Part shown: in pieces, positions 14,007 to 21,317 of the stretch
Numbering within the stretch: the first letter of the stretch is position 1
Layout of the letters: each line of letters starts with the position of its first letter
Assembly (NCBI GenBank): GCA_041737685.1
Contig: JBGSRG010000240.1
Location: forward strand, 1-46,190
Length of the DNA: 46,190 nt
Direction: 5' to 3'
Source of the DNA: Phycisphaerales bacterium
GTDB taxonomy: Bacteria > Planctomycetota > Phycisphaerae > Phycisphaerales > UBA1924
Translations under genes and position numbers: made by a program
Notes under the pieces: model-generated
What the model was told of the DNA's origin: nothing
The model's input: the letters and a program-made list of their open reading frames with translations, nothing else
Database searches by the model: none

Positions 14007-15809
14007 GTGCCACCAGTGGAAGCACGCCAGAGTTTGCCGGTTGCTCGTGCTCGCGCCTCAAGGCTCGCCGACCAACAAGACGCTCACTCTGCGGTTCGCC
14101 CGGAGCAATCCGGGTCGACGGCCAACCGTGTTGAGGTGTTGCCGCCCGGACGCGACGGCGTGACCTCGGCACGGGTGATCGCTCGGCGGATTGATCGGCC
14201 CAGCGCTTCGGCAGTGCCAGCGATTCCCGCAGACGCGTCGGATCGGTTCGCGAACGCGCTGAAGGGGCTGCTGGGCGACGATCGATACACGCGATACGCC
14301 GGTACGCGGCTGAGCGCGAGTTTTTCGGCGAGCGAACTCCGACTCGTGGCGTCGAGCATGGCCCTGGCCGATCTGCTGCGTCGACGGTTTATGACCGAAC
14401 TGCACCGTGCGGCGGAGGAAGCGCTGGGTCGGGGCATCTCGATCCGCGTGAGTTCCAGCGAGCGGGAGGCACCCGTTTCTGGGTCGGGTGTATCGGGTGT
14501 ATCGGGTGGATCGGCGATGACCACGCAGGCCGCGTCGCATCTGGCGTCGAAGGCGGGTCTGACGCGGGTTGAGACACAGCACGTTGACACGCTTTCCAGG
14601 CCGCCGCGGACTGTGAATCTCACGCGTTATCGACTCGAAGATTTCATCGTTGGCGAGTCCAATCGATTGGCGTATACGTCGGCCATCCGCATCGGCGAAT
14701 CGGAGGCTGTGGCGGGCGCACTGGCGTACAACCTGCTGTTCTTGCACGGGCCGTGCGGCGTGGGCAAGACCCACTTGCTGCAAGGCGTTGCCCTGCGATA
14801 TCGCGAGCGGCACCCGGGGGCCGTCGTGCGTGTGACCAGCGGCGATGCCTTTTTGACCGAGTTTGTCAACGCTGTTCGCGACGCATCGGGCACGTCGAGT
14901 TCGGGTTCGGGGGGGGCGGGGGGTTCGGGCTCGTCGTCGGGTGTCGAGCGGTTCCGACGGAACTATCGGCGCGTGGACCTGTTGTGCATCGATGACGTGC
15001 AGTCGTTGGCTAACAAGGGCGCAACGCAGGCCGAACTGTTGCACACATTCGAGGAGATCGCGCGATCTGGCGCTCGGGTGGTTCTAGCAAGCGACCAAGC
15101 CCCCAAGCAACTGGCCAAATTCAGTCCGGCTCTGATTTCGCGCTTTCAGGCGGGCATGGTGGCGAGCATGTCGCCGCCGGATGAAGATCTGATCAAGCGA
15201 TTGATCAAGGCCCTGGCGCTCAAGCGTGGCTTGAACGTCGACGACACGGGCATCGCGGCGGTTGCGGCGCACGCCCGCCTCTCGCCCGGCGCGGCCAGCG
15301 GTGTTTCGGTACGCGAACTTGAGGGGTTGATCACCCGCCTCGAAGCGGTCGTGAAACTCGTGGGCGATGATTCTGCGAGCGGTGCGGCCAGATCGGGGCT
15401 GATCAATCTGCTTGCCGTAGAGCGGGCGCTGGGCACGCCGGGCGCGGGCTCGTCCTCAAACTCGCCGCGAGCCTTCACGAGGCCGGTTCGGATCGAGACG
15501 ATCATCACGCAGACGTGCCGGTTTCTGAGCGTGGACCCGGCGGATCTGAGTGCTCGGACGCGGCACAAGCGCGTTGTGCTTGCCAGGGCGCTCATCACGC
15601 ACTTGGCCCGGCAGTTCACAACGATGAGCTATCCCGAGATTGCGCGGTCGATCGGTCGACCGAATCACTCGACGGTCATCACGGCCTATCAGCGGCTGGC
15701 GGCACAGATTGCGGCGGACGAAATGCTGGGGCAAGAGCACGTGCCCGAGCCGATGACTGTGGGCCGGTTGGTCGAGCGGCTGAGTGGGGCGATCTCCAAC
15801 GCCCAGTGA
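14007..15809 (+). CDS. dnaA: Chromosomal replication initiator protein DnaA; start uncertain
   Basis: The Walker A motif is LFLHGPCGVGKTHLLQ and the Walker B motif is VDLLCIDDVQSL. Sensor and box VII region motifs VLASDQAPKQL and LISRFQAGMV are present. Domain IV is RHKRVVLARALITHLARQFTTMSYPEIARSIGRPNHSTVITAYQRL. Position 14007 is a GTG. In-frame GTGs at 14160 and 14175 are also possible, because the recognisable domain I begins near DRFANALKGLL. Confidence 0.93.
   Translation: MPPVEARQSLPVARARASRLADQQDAHSAVRPEQSGSTANRVEVLPPGRDGVTSARVIARRIDRPSASAVPAIPADASDRFANALKGLLGDDRYTRYAGTRLSASFSASELRLVASSMALADLLRRRFMTELHRAAEEALGRGISIRVSSSEREAPVSGSGVSGVSGGSAMTTQAASHLASKAGLTRVETQHVDTLSRPPRTVNLTRYRLEDFIVGESNRLAYTSAIRIGESEAVAGALAYNLLFLHGPCGVGKTHLLQGVALRYRERHPGAVVRVTSGDAFLTEFVNAVRDASGTSSSGSGGAGGSGSSSGVERFRRNYRRVDLLCIDDVQSLANKGATQAELLHTFEEIARSGARVVLASDQAPKQLAKFSPALISRFQAGMVASMSPPDEDLIKRLIKALALKRGLNVDDTGIAAVAAHARLSPGAASGVSVRELEGLITRLEAVVKLVGDDSASGAARSGLINLLAVERALGTPGAGSSSNSPRAFTRPVRIETIITQTCRFLSVDPADLSARTRHKRVVLARALITHLARQFTTMSYPEIARSIGRPNHSTVITAYQRLAAQIAADEMLGQEHVPEPMTVGRLVERLSGAISNAQ
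14484..14510 (+). repeat. Three tandem copies of a 9-nt unit (TCGGGTGTA/TCGGGTGGA) inside the dnaA linker
   Basis: Read directly: copies at 14484-14492, 14493-14501 and 14502-14510. They encode the (SGV)n-like stretch GSGVSGVSGGS in DnaA domain II. Confidence 0.85.
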
Positions 15810-16118
15810 AGCCGTGCTCTTTGAACCAGCGCTCAGTGACGCTTTGCTTCGCGATCAAGTTCCCGTGAGCGGGGGCCGGCTCAGCAGATTCGAAGTTGCA
15901 TTGGACATGATCGACCGCGACTCCGGCAGCCTCCGACCGGGTTCGCGGCCGATCGGCCTTGCGAGCGGGCCAATGCCGTCGGGTTCGCAGAGAGTCTGGC
16001 CAAACAACCGATAGAGCCTTGCAGCGTTGGCGGGCGAATCGCCTGCCGACACTGTGTCGCTGCGACCGCGTGGTCGCACGGATTCAGAGCCTGAGAGACG
16101 GGCGGGAGCCGACCGAAT

Positions 16119-17312
16119 ATGGCCGATCACGAGATTCCGCTGTCGCGACCCGACATTACCGAACTGGAAGAGGAACTGGTTCTTCGCACGCTCCGCTCGG
16201 GCCGGCTGGCGCTTGGGCCAATGGCCGAGGACTTTGAGCGGCGGGTGGCTGCCGCGGCGGATTGCGAGCACGGCGTGAGCGTGTCGAGCGGCACGTCGGG
16301 CTTGCACTTGGCGTTGCTGTCGCTGGGCATCGGGCCGGGTGATGAGGTGATTACCACGCCGTTCAGTTTCATCGCCAGCGCCAACTGCATTCTGTATGTT
16401 GGCGCCACGCCGGTGTTCGTGGACGTGTGCCCGAAGACGCTGAACATGGACCCGGCGGGGCTGGAGCGGGCGATCACGGCACGAACCAAGGCGATTTTGG
16501 CGGTCGAGACCTTCGGCAACCCGGCGCACATGGACGCGTATGAGCAGATCGCCAAGCGGCACGAAGTCGTCCTGATCGAGGATTGCTGCGAGGCGCTCGG
16601 ATCAAGGCTGAAGGGACGGCCCGCCGGTTCGTTCGGGCGGATCGGCGTGTTCGCGTTCTATCCGAACAAGCAGATCACAACGGGCGAGGGCGGCTGCATC
16701 GTGACCAACGATCGGCGGCTGGCGAATCTGTGCCGCAGCATGAGGAATCAAGGAAGGGCTGTCAGTGAGGATTCTGATCAGAAGACCGGGCACACCTCGA
16801 CCCCTGGATCAGCGGTGGGTTCTTGGCTGGCACACGAGCGGCTAGGTTTCAACTACCGGATGGACGAACTCTCAGCGGCCCTGGGTGTTGGCCAGATGCG
16901 GAGGTTGGATGACATTATCCACAAGCGGCAGTTGGTCGCCGAGCGGTACATGCGCCGGCTGATGGGCACGAAGCACTTGATCTTGCCGACGATTGAGGCT
17001 GGGTCAGAGATGAGTTGGTTTGTCTTCGTGGTCAGGCTTGACGCGACCTACGCCAAGCACGAGCGCGACCGGATCATTCAGGGCATGCGCCGGCACGACA
17101 TTGGGGCCAGTGACTACTTCCCCTGCATTCACCTGCAACCGTTTTATCGGGATCAGTTCGGGTTTGAGCCGGGGATGTTTCCGATCGCCGAGAGCGTGAG
17201 CCAGCGAACGATCGCCATTCCGTTCTACAACGATCTGAGTGATGCGGATCTTGACATGGTGACGCAGACGCTGGAGTTGATGATTATGCGGGAAAATCTG
17301 GGTCGAGATTGA
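16119..17312 (+). CDS. DegT/DnrJ/EryC1/StrS-family PLP-dependent sugar aminotransferase
   Basis: The translation contains IPLSRPDITELEEELVLRTLRSGRLALGP, SSGTSGLHLAL, EVITTPFSFIASAN and FAFYPNKQITTGEGGCIVTND (PLP-lysine motif). GGGAG lies 10 nt upstream of the ATG. Confidence 0.9.
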   Translation: MADHEIPLSRPDITELEEELVLRTLRSGRLALGPMAEDFERRVAAAADCEHGVSVSSGTSGLHLALLSLGIGPGDEVITTPFSFIASANCILYVGATPVFVDVCPKTLNMDPAGLERAITARTKAILAVETFGNPAHMDAYEQIAKRHEVVLIEDCCEALGSRLKGRPAGSFGRIGVFAFYPNKQITTGEGGCIVTNDRRLANLCRSMRNQGRAVSEDSDQKTGHTSTPGSAVGSWLAHERLGFNYRMDELSAALGVGQMRRLDDIIHKRQLVAERYMRRLMGTKHLILPTIEAGSEMSWFVFVVRLDATYAKHERDRIIQGMRRHDIGASDYFPCIHLQPFYRDQFGFEPGMFPIAESVSQRTIAIPFYNDLSDADLDMVTQTLELMIMRENLGRD

Positions 17313-17435
17313 CTTGGAGAGCCGCGAAGGGCCACGGGCCATCAGGTTGCGGGGTTGGCGATTCGCGGGAGGCGGCCTAGCATGGAGGCTCAAACGGCCC
17401 GAGTGCGGGCTTGATTGGGTTACGGGAGTCTAGTG

Positions 17436-17711
17436 ATGCCTTACGTTTGCGCGATGACCGGCAAGAAAACGAGCTTTGGTAAGCGTCGCGCATGGCGCGG
17501 TCAGGCCGTGAAGAAGGGTGGCTTCGGTCTAAAGCCGACGGGAATCACTCGACGGCAGTTTCGCCCGAACCTGCGGAAGGTCAGCGCGATGGTGGACGGG
17601 GTTCAGCGCCGGGTGTTGGTTTCGACCAAGGCCATTCGAACGGGTTTGGTGGTCAAGCCGCTGAAGCGGAAGTATGGCTACACCCGTGACCAGAAGGCCG
17701 CGAACGCCTGA
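17436..17711 (+). CDS. rpmB: 50S ribosomal protein L28
   Basis: From ATG 17436 (GGGAG at 17424-17428) the translation is MPYVCAMTGKKTSFGKRRAWRGQAVKKGGFGLKPTGITRRQFRPNLRKV...RVLVSTKAIRTG, the L28 pattern. Confidence 0.9.
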   Translation: MPYVCAMTGKKTSFGKRRAWRGQAVKKGGFGLKPTGITRRQFRPNLRKVSAMVDGVQRRVLVSTKAIRTGLVVKPLKRKYGYTRDQKAANA

Positions 17712-17855
17712 CGCAAAGGCCATGCCCGCTGAGGTTGGCTCTGCCATTCTCTGAGATCAGGGTTGATTGCAGGCCGTGTCGGCGATGGCCATCCGATGGA
17801 CTTGGCCGCATCGCTTGGCTCGATCGGTGAGGACGAACTGAGCGAAACGAACTTA

Positions 17856-17886
17856 CCGGCCCGGGCGACTGCCCGGGTCGCTTTTA
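17856..17886 (+). terminator. Intrinsic terminator downstream of rpmB
   Basis: The stem is CCGGCCCGGGC (17856-17866) paired with GCCCGGGTCG (17871-17880) around the loop GACT, followed by CTTTTACT. Confidence 0.7.
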
Positions 17887-17956
17887 CTCTCAGGGTGTGC
17901 GATTGAGGTTGGCTGGTTCCGCGCCGCAGTGCTGATCCGCCGATAGAGTTGCTCGC

Positions 17957-18745
17957 GTGGACAGCAAACCCCAAAAGTGCGAGAGTTGCGGTGCAGAGGC
18001 GACTGTGCATGAGGTGCGCATCAAGGGGGGGAAGAAGCAGGAACGGCATCTGTGTGAGCGATGCGCTCGTGAGGCGGGCGTTTCTCCCGTTGCGAAGACG
18101 CCGCCATTTGCACAGTTGTTAACACAGATCATTGCGACTCCGGGGATGCAGGACGCGGCGGAGTTCGGCGCGTCGGGTGGTGCGGACGCTGGTGGTGGTG
18201 ATGCAGTGAGTGGTGTTGGGGCGGCAGAGGCGGGCAAGGCAGCGCAGTTGACGATTTGTCCGAACTGCGGGCTTCCCTTCAGCCAGTTTCGTGCCACGGG
18301 CTTGCTTGGTTGCCCGGAGTGCTACCGATCGTTTGAGGCGTTGCTCTCGCCGCTGCTGGCGCGTGCGCACGAGGGTGGCACGCATCACGTTGGACGAACG
18401 CCCCAAGGAGTTGGGCAGCCTTTGGATGATGCGCTGGCCGTTAAGGGAGACGCGAAACCGGGAGCGTCTACGAGCGAAGAGCGCGAGGCCAACGAGCAGG
18501 TTCGCAAGGGTCGGGAGGCAACGCTGAGACGGCAACTCGCCGAAGCGGTCGCGGCGGAGCAGTACGAGAAGGCCGCGAAACTTCGCGACCAACTCGCGAG
18601 CGTGCAAGCTACCAAGCAAGCCGGTGATGGTTCTGCGGACGCGCGCACGGCAAAGGTGGCACGCAAGAGTGGTCGATCCGCAGCGAGGGATGCAAGCGAT
18701 GGTGATTCTGCTGCGAGTGCGCAAGATTCAGGGGAGCCCGTATGA
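17957..18745 (+). CDS. mcsA: McsA-like protein (zinc-ribbon pairs plus UvrB/UvrC motif), activator of protein arginine kinase
   Basis: The start is GTG. The translation has CESCGAEATVHEVRIKGGKKQERHLCERCA and CPNCGLPFSQFRATGLLGCPECY (four CxxC), plus the UVR motif LRRQLAEAVAAEQYEKAAKLRDQL. The stop overlaps the next start in ATGA. Confidence 0.8.
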   Translation: MDSKPQKCESCGAEATVHEVRIKGGKKQERHLCERCAREAGVSPVAKTPPFAQLLTQIIATPGMQDAAEFGASGGADAGGGDAVSGVGAAEAGKAAQLTICPNCGLPFSQFRATGLLGCPECYRSFEALLSPLLARAHEGGTHHVGRTPQGVGQPLDDALAVKGDAKPGASTSEEREANEQVRKGREATLRRQLAEAVAAEQYEKAAKLRDQLASVQATKQAGDGSADARTAKVARKSGRSAARDASDGDSAASAQDSGEPV

Positions 18746-19950
18746 GCGAGCAGCCCGAAGGGCCGTTCTCGGCTGAGGCGTTGCGGCGCGGCGCGGCCTG
18801 GCTCTCGGGCGACGGCGCTGATTCTGACGTGGTGATCTCGTCGAGGATTCGCTTGGCCCGCAACGTTGAGACGATGAGTTTTCTGTCGCGGGCCGACCGC
18901 GAGAGCCGCGAGCAGGTGCTGGATGTTTGTCGGGAACGGCTGGTGCGGGCGGTCGGTGGTAGTGGGGGCGACAGAGGGACCGAAGGCGGCGAGCCGACCC
19001 CGGGTGTGCCGCGAGTCTTGTGGGTTGATGTCCACCGCGCACCGTCGTTGGAGCGGACGCTGATGGTGGAACGTCACCTGATATCGAAAGAGCACGCGCG
19101 TGGACCTGCACCATTCAACCCCTCGGCGGCGACGGGTGTGGCGCCACTGGGGCCGGGCGTGTCGACTGCTGAGCCTCGTGGCGTTGCGATTTCGTTGCCT
19201 GATGAAGCGCTGAGTGTGATGGTGAATGAGGAGGATCACCTGCGGATACAGGTGGTATTGTCGGGGCTTGAGTTGACCCGTGCATGGCAGACCATCTCGC
19301 GAGTGGACGACGCGGTGGAGGGGCCGTGCGCTGCTGCGCCCGGACGGCTGGCCTACGCGTATTCAGAACGGTTTGGCTATCTGACAGCGTGCCCCACGAA
19401 TGTGGGCACGGGAATCCGTGTGAGCGTGATGCTGCATCTGCCTGCGCTCAAACTCATGGGGGAGATGGACAAGGTTCGGCGTGCAACACGCGACATGTCG
19501 CTGGCGGTTCGCGGGTACTACGGCGAGGGCAGCGAGGCGGCGGGAGAATTCTTTCAGGTCTCGAACCAGACGACGCTGGGCCGCGCCGAGACGGTGATTC
19601 TCGACGAGATTGAGCGTGAGATTGTGCCGCAGATCGTGCAGTACGAGCGTGTGGCGCGGCGGATGTTGATGGATAAACGACGGCGACTGCTGGAGGACAA
19701 AGTCTTCCGCGCGCTGGGCACGCTTCGGCACGCGCGGCTGCTGACGCCCGAAGAGGCGATCATGCTGCTGAGCGATGTTCGGCTGGGTGTGCTGACGGGC
19801 CTGATCGGCGAGTTGAGTCAGGCCCGAGTGAACCAACTCATTTTGCTGACACAGCCAGCCCATTTGCAACGGTTGATTGGGCGAGAGATGGACCAGGGCG
19901 AACGTCGTGAGGCACGGGCCGATCTGGTGCGCGAGCGGCTGTCGGTGTGA
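18742..19950 (+). CDS. mcsB: Protein arginine kinase McsB (ATP:guanido phosphotransferase family)
   Basis: The translation contains VISSRIRLARNVETMSF, VNEEDHLRIQVV, YAYSERFGYLTACPTNVGTGIRVSVMLHLPAL and RGYYGEGSEAAGEFFQVSNQ. Confidence 0.9.
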   Translation: MSEQPEGPFSAEALRRGAAWLSGDGADSDVVISSRIRLARNVETMSFLSRADRESREQVLDVCRERLVRAVGGSGGDRGTEGGEPTPGVPRVLWVDVHRAPSLERTLMVERHLISKEHARGPAPFNPSAATGVAPLGPGVSTAEPRGVAISLPDEALSVMVNEEDHLRIQVVLSGLELTRAWQTISRVDDAVEGPCAAAPGRLAYAYSERFGYLTACPTNVGTGIRVSVMLHLPALKLMGEMDKVRRATRDMSLAVRGYYGEGSEAAGEFFQVSNQTTLGRAETVILDEIEREIVPQIVQYERVARRMLMDKRRRLLEDKVFRALGTLRHARLLTPEEAIMLLSDVRLGVLTGLIGELSQARVNQLILLTQPAHLQRLIGREMDQGERREARADLVRERLSV

Positions 19951-19995
19951 GGTCGTGAGCGCGGCGGCGGGCTATCGGGTGCCTTCAGTCGCAAA

Positions 19996-20025
19996 CACGG
20001 GCACGCGATTGCTCGCGCGCCCGTG
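19996..20025. terminator. 12-bp hairpin between convergent mcsB and the DUF481 gene
   Basis: CACGGGCACGCG (19996-20007) pairs with CGCGCGCCCGTG (20014-20025) with one mismatch, around a 6-nt loop. No strong U-tract follows. Confidence 0.45.
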
Positions 20026-20116
20026 CAGTTGTTGCGTGTGTATTCAGACGCGTTTGAACTGATCTAGGAGATTCGGTAGCGCGGTGCCCGCCGCAAGCGG
20101 CTCGGAACAGGTCGAA

Positions 20117-20998
20117 TCAGAAGTTGTAAGCCAGAAGTGCGAAGTACGAGATGTCGTTGCGATTCTGGCCCTCGGGCGTTGAGTCGTAGCGGTCATCGAT
20201 GCCGATCTTGAGCGAGAGTTTGTTCTCTTTGCTCAGCAGCACGTCGAGTCCAGCCTTGGTCTCGATGCGGAAGTCGGTAAACTTGGTGAGCGAAGGGTAG
20301 TAGTCGAAGGTGTTGAAGAACTTGACGTTCTCGTTGAACTTGTGCTCGAAGTCCCAGCCCAAGTCGAGTTCGGGGGTGATGTCGTTGTTCGAACCGCCAA
20401 ACTCGCGGCTGGCACCGACGCCGATCCGGGGGACGAAGGTTGTGGTCTCGGTCTCGATCAGCGCGTAACCCACGCCGACAAAGCCTGAGAGCCGCCATCG
20501 CCAGTCCTTGAACTCGTCGTACTCGGCCTTGGCCTTGGCGAAGGGACGCCACTTGCCGTCCTCGCCAACTTTCCACTCGTACTGGCCGAAAAGCTCGCCG
20601 CGATGCTCGGATTTTTCGCCCTCGTCAGTGGCGTAGACATAGAGCGCTCCGAACGTGGTGATGTTCCGGCTCGTCTCTCGCTTGGCGTCAAACTGGCCGC
20701 GAACGCCGAAGCGCTCGGTGTTGCCGCTGGCCCCGTTCAGGCCGAACGCGACGCTGCCCTCCCATCCTCGAAAGAACGAGTCGGGATCGGGCTTGGGGGC
20801 ATCGGGGTCTGGCTGGGCGAGAGCGTCGGCACCCGCATCGGCGGGCTGCGCGAAATGCTCGGTACCAGAGAGTGCGAGCGTATCGGCCGCGGCGTCGGCG
20901 ACGGTGTCGGCATGGACAAGACCGACGGAGCCGCACAGGCCAGCGAGGCCCGCAACCAGTACGATCGTGTTCAGCGGACGGACTTTGGACTGTGGCAC
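20117..20998 (-). CDS. DUF481-like outer-membrane beta-barrel protein
   Basis: I prefer the GTG at 20998 (AGGAG about 8 nt upstream), which gives MPQSKVRPLNTIVLVAGLAGLCGSVGLVHA as a signal peptide. The body has an alternating beta-strand pattern. The C-terminus ...NDISYFALLAYNF ends in an aromatic residue, typical of OMPs and DUF481. Confidence 0.75.
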   Translation of the reverse strand: MPQSKVRPLNTIVLVAGLAGLCGSVGLVHADTVADAAADTLALSGTEHFAQPADAGADALAQPDPDAPKPDPDSFFRGWEGSVAFGLNGASGNTERFGVRGQFDAKRETSRNITTFGALYVYATDEGEKSEHRGELFGQYEWKVGEDGKWRPFAKAKAEYDEFKDWRWRLSGFVGVGYALIETETTTFVPRIGVGASREFGGSNNDITPELDLGWDFEHKFNENVKFFNTFDYYPSLTKFTDFRIETKAGLDVLLSKENKLSLKIGIDDRYDSTPEGQNRNDISYFALLAYNF

Positions 20999-21317
20999 AA
21001 AGGGTCTCCTGCGGGGTGTCGGATCATGCCGCGCATTACGAGGGTCGCTTGGTCTGCGGCGGTGAGTTTCACGGGCCCATGTTGGTAGAAGCGAGAAGGC
21101 ACCGGGCATCTCTGCCCGGCCGAGTTGATCAGGGTGGACAGGTTAGTGAGACTTGTGGCATTGGCAACCGCTGGGACGGTAACTGTCGCTTGTCTGGGAA
21201 GACGTGTGCATTTCTCTGCGCTGCATTGGCTCAAAGGCGAAATCGGACGGCGTAACATGGGGTCAGAAACGCTCGATGCGTGGCTTTGCGGTGCTTTTTT
21301 GCTGATTTTGGAGCGAT

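Noticed and set aside
14058-15044. 328-aa ORF antisense to dnaA. Similar long antisense or shadow ORFs include 36063..37100(-), 45020..45955(-), 18385..19239(-), 25674..27014(+), 28776..29540(+), 24691..25458(+), 7732..8556(-), 6769..7581(-), 33068..33772(-), 40131..40856(-) and 39282..39770(-).
   Set aside because: Each overlaps a gene on the other strand or in another frame that has unmistakable conserved motifs. Their translations are Arg/Pro/Ser/Ala/Gly-rich with no motifs, the usual signature of stop-codon-poor non-coding frames in GC-rich DNA.
21100-21317. Possible leader-peptide or attenuator control of the ABC-F gene, as in antibiotic-resistance ARE ABC-F genes (small hairpin CCGGGCA-TCTC-TGCCCGG at 21101-21118, T-rich stretch at 21293-21309)
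   Set aside because: No convincing short leader ORF with an RBS and no terminator/antiterminator alternative pairing could be drawn. The protein looks like a housekeeping Uup/EttA-type ABC-F with a long C-terminal tail rather than a resistance-type one.
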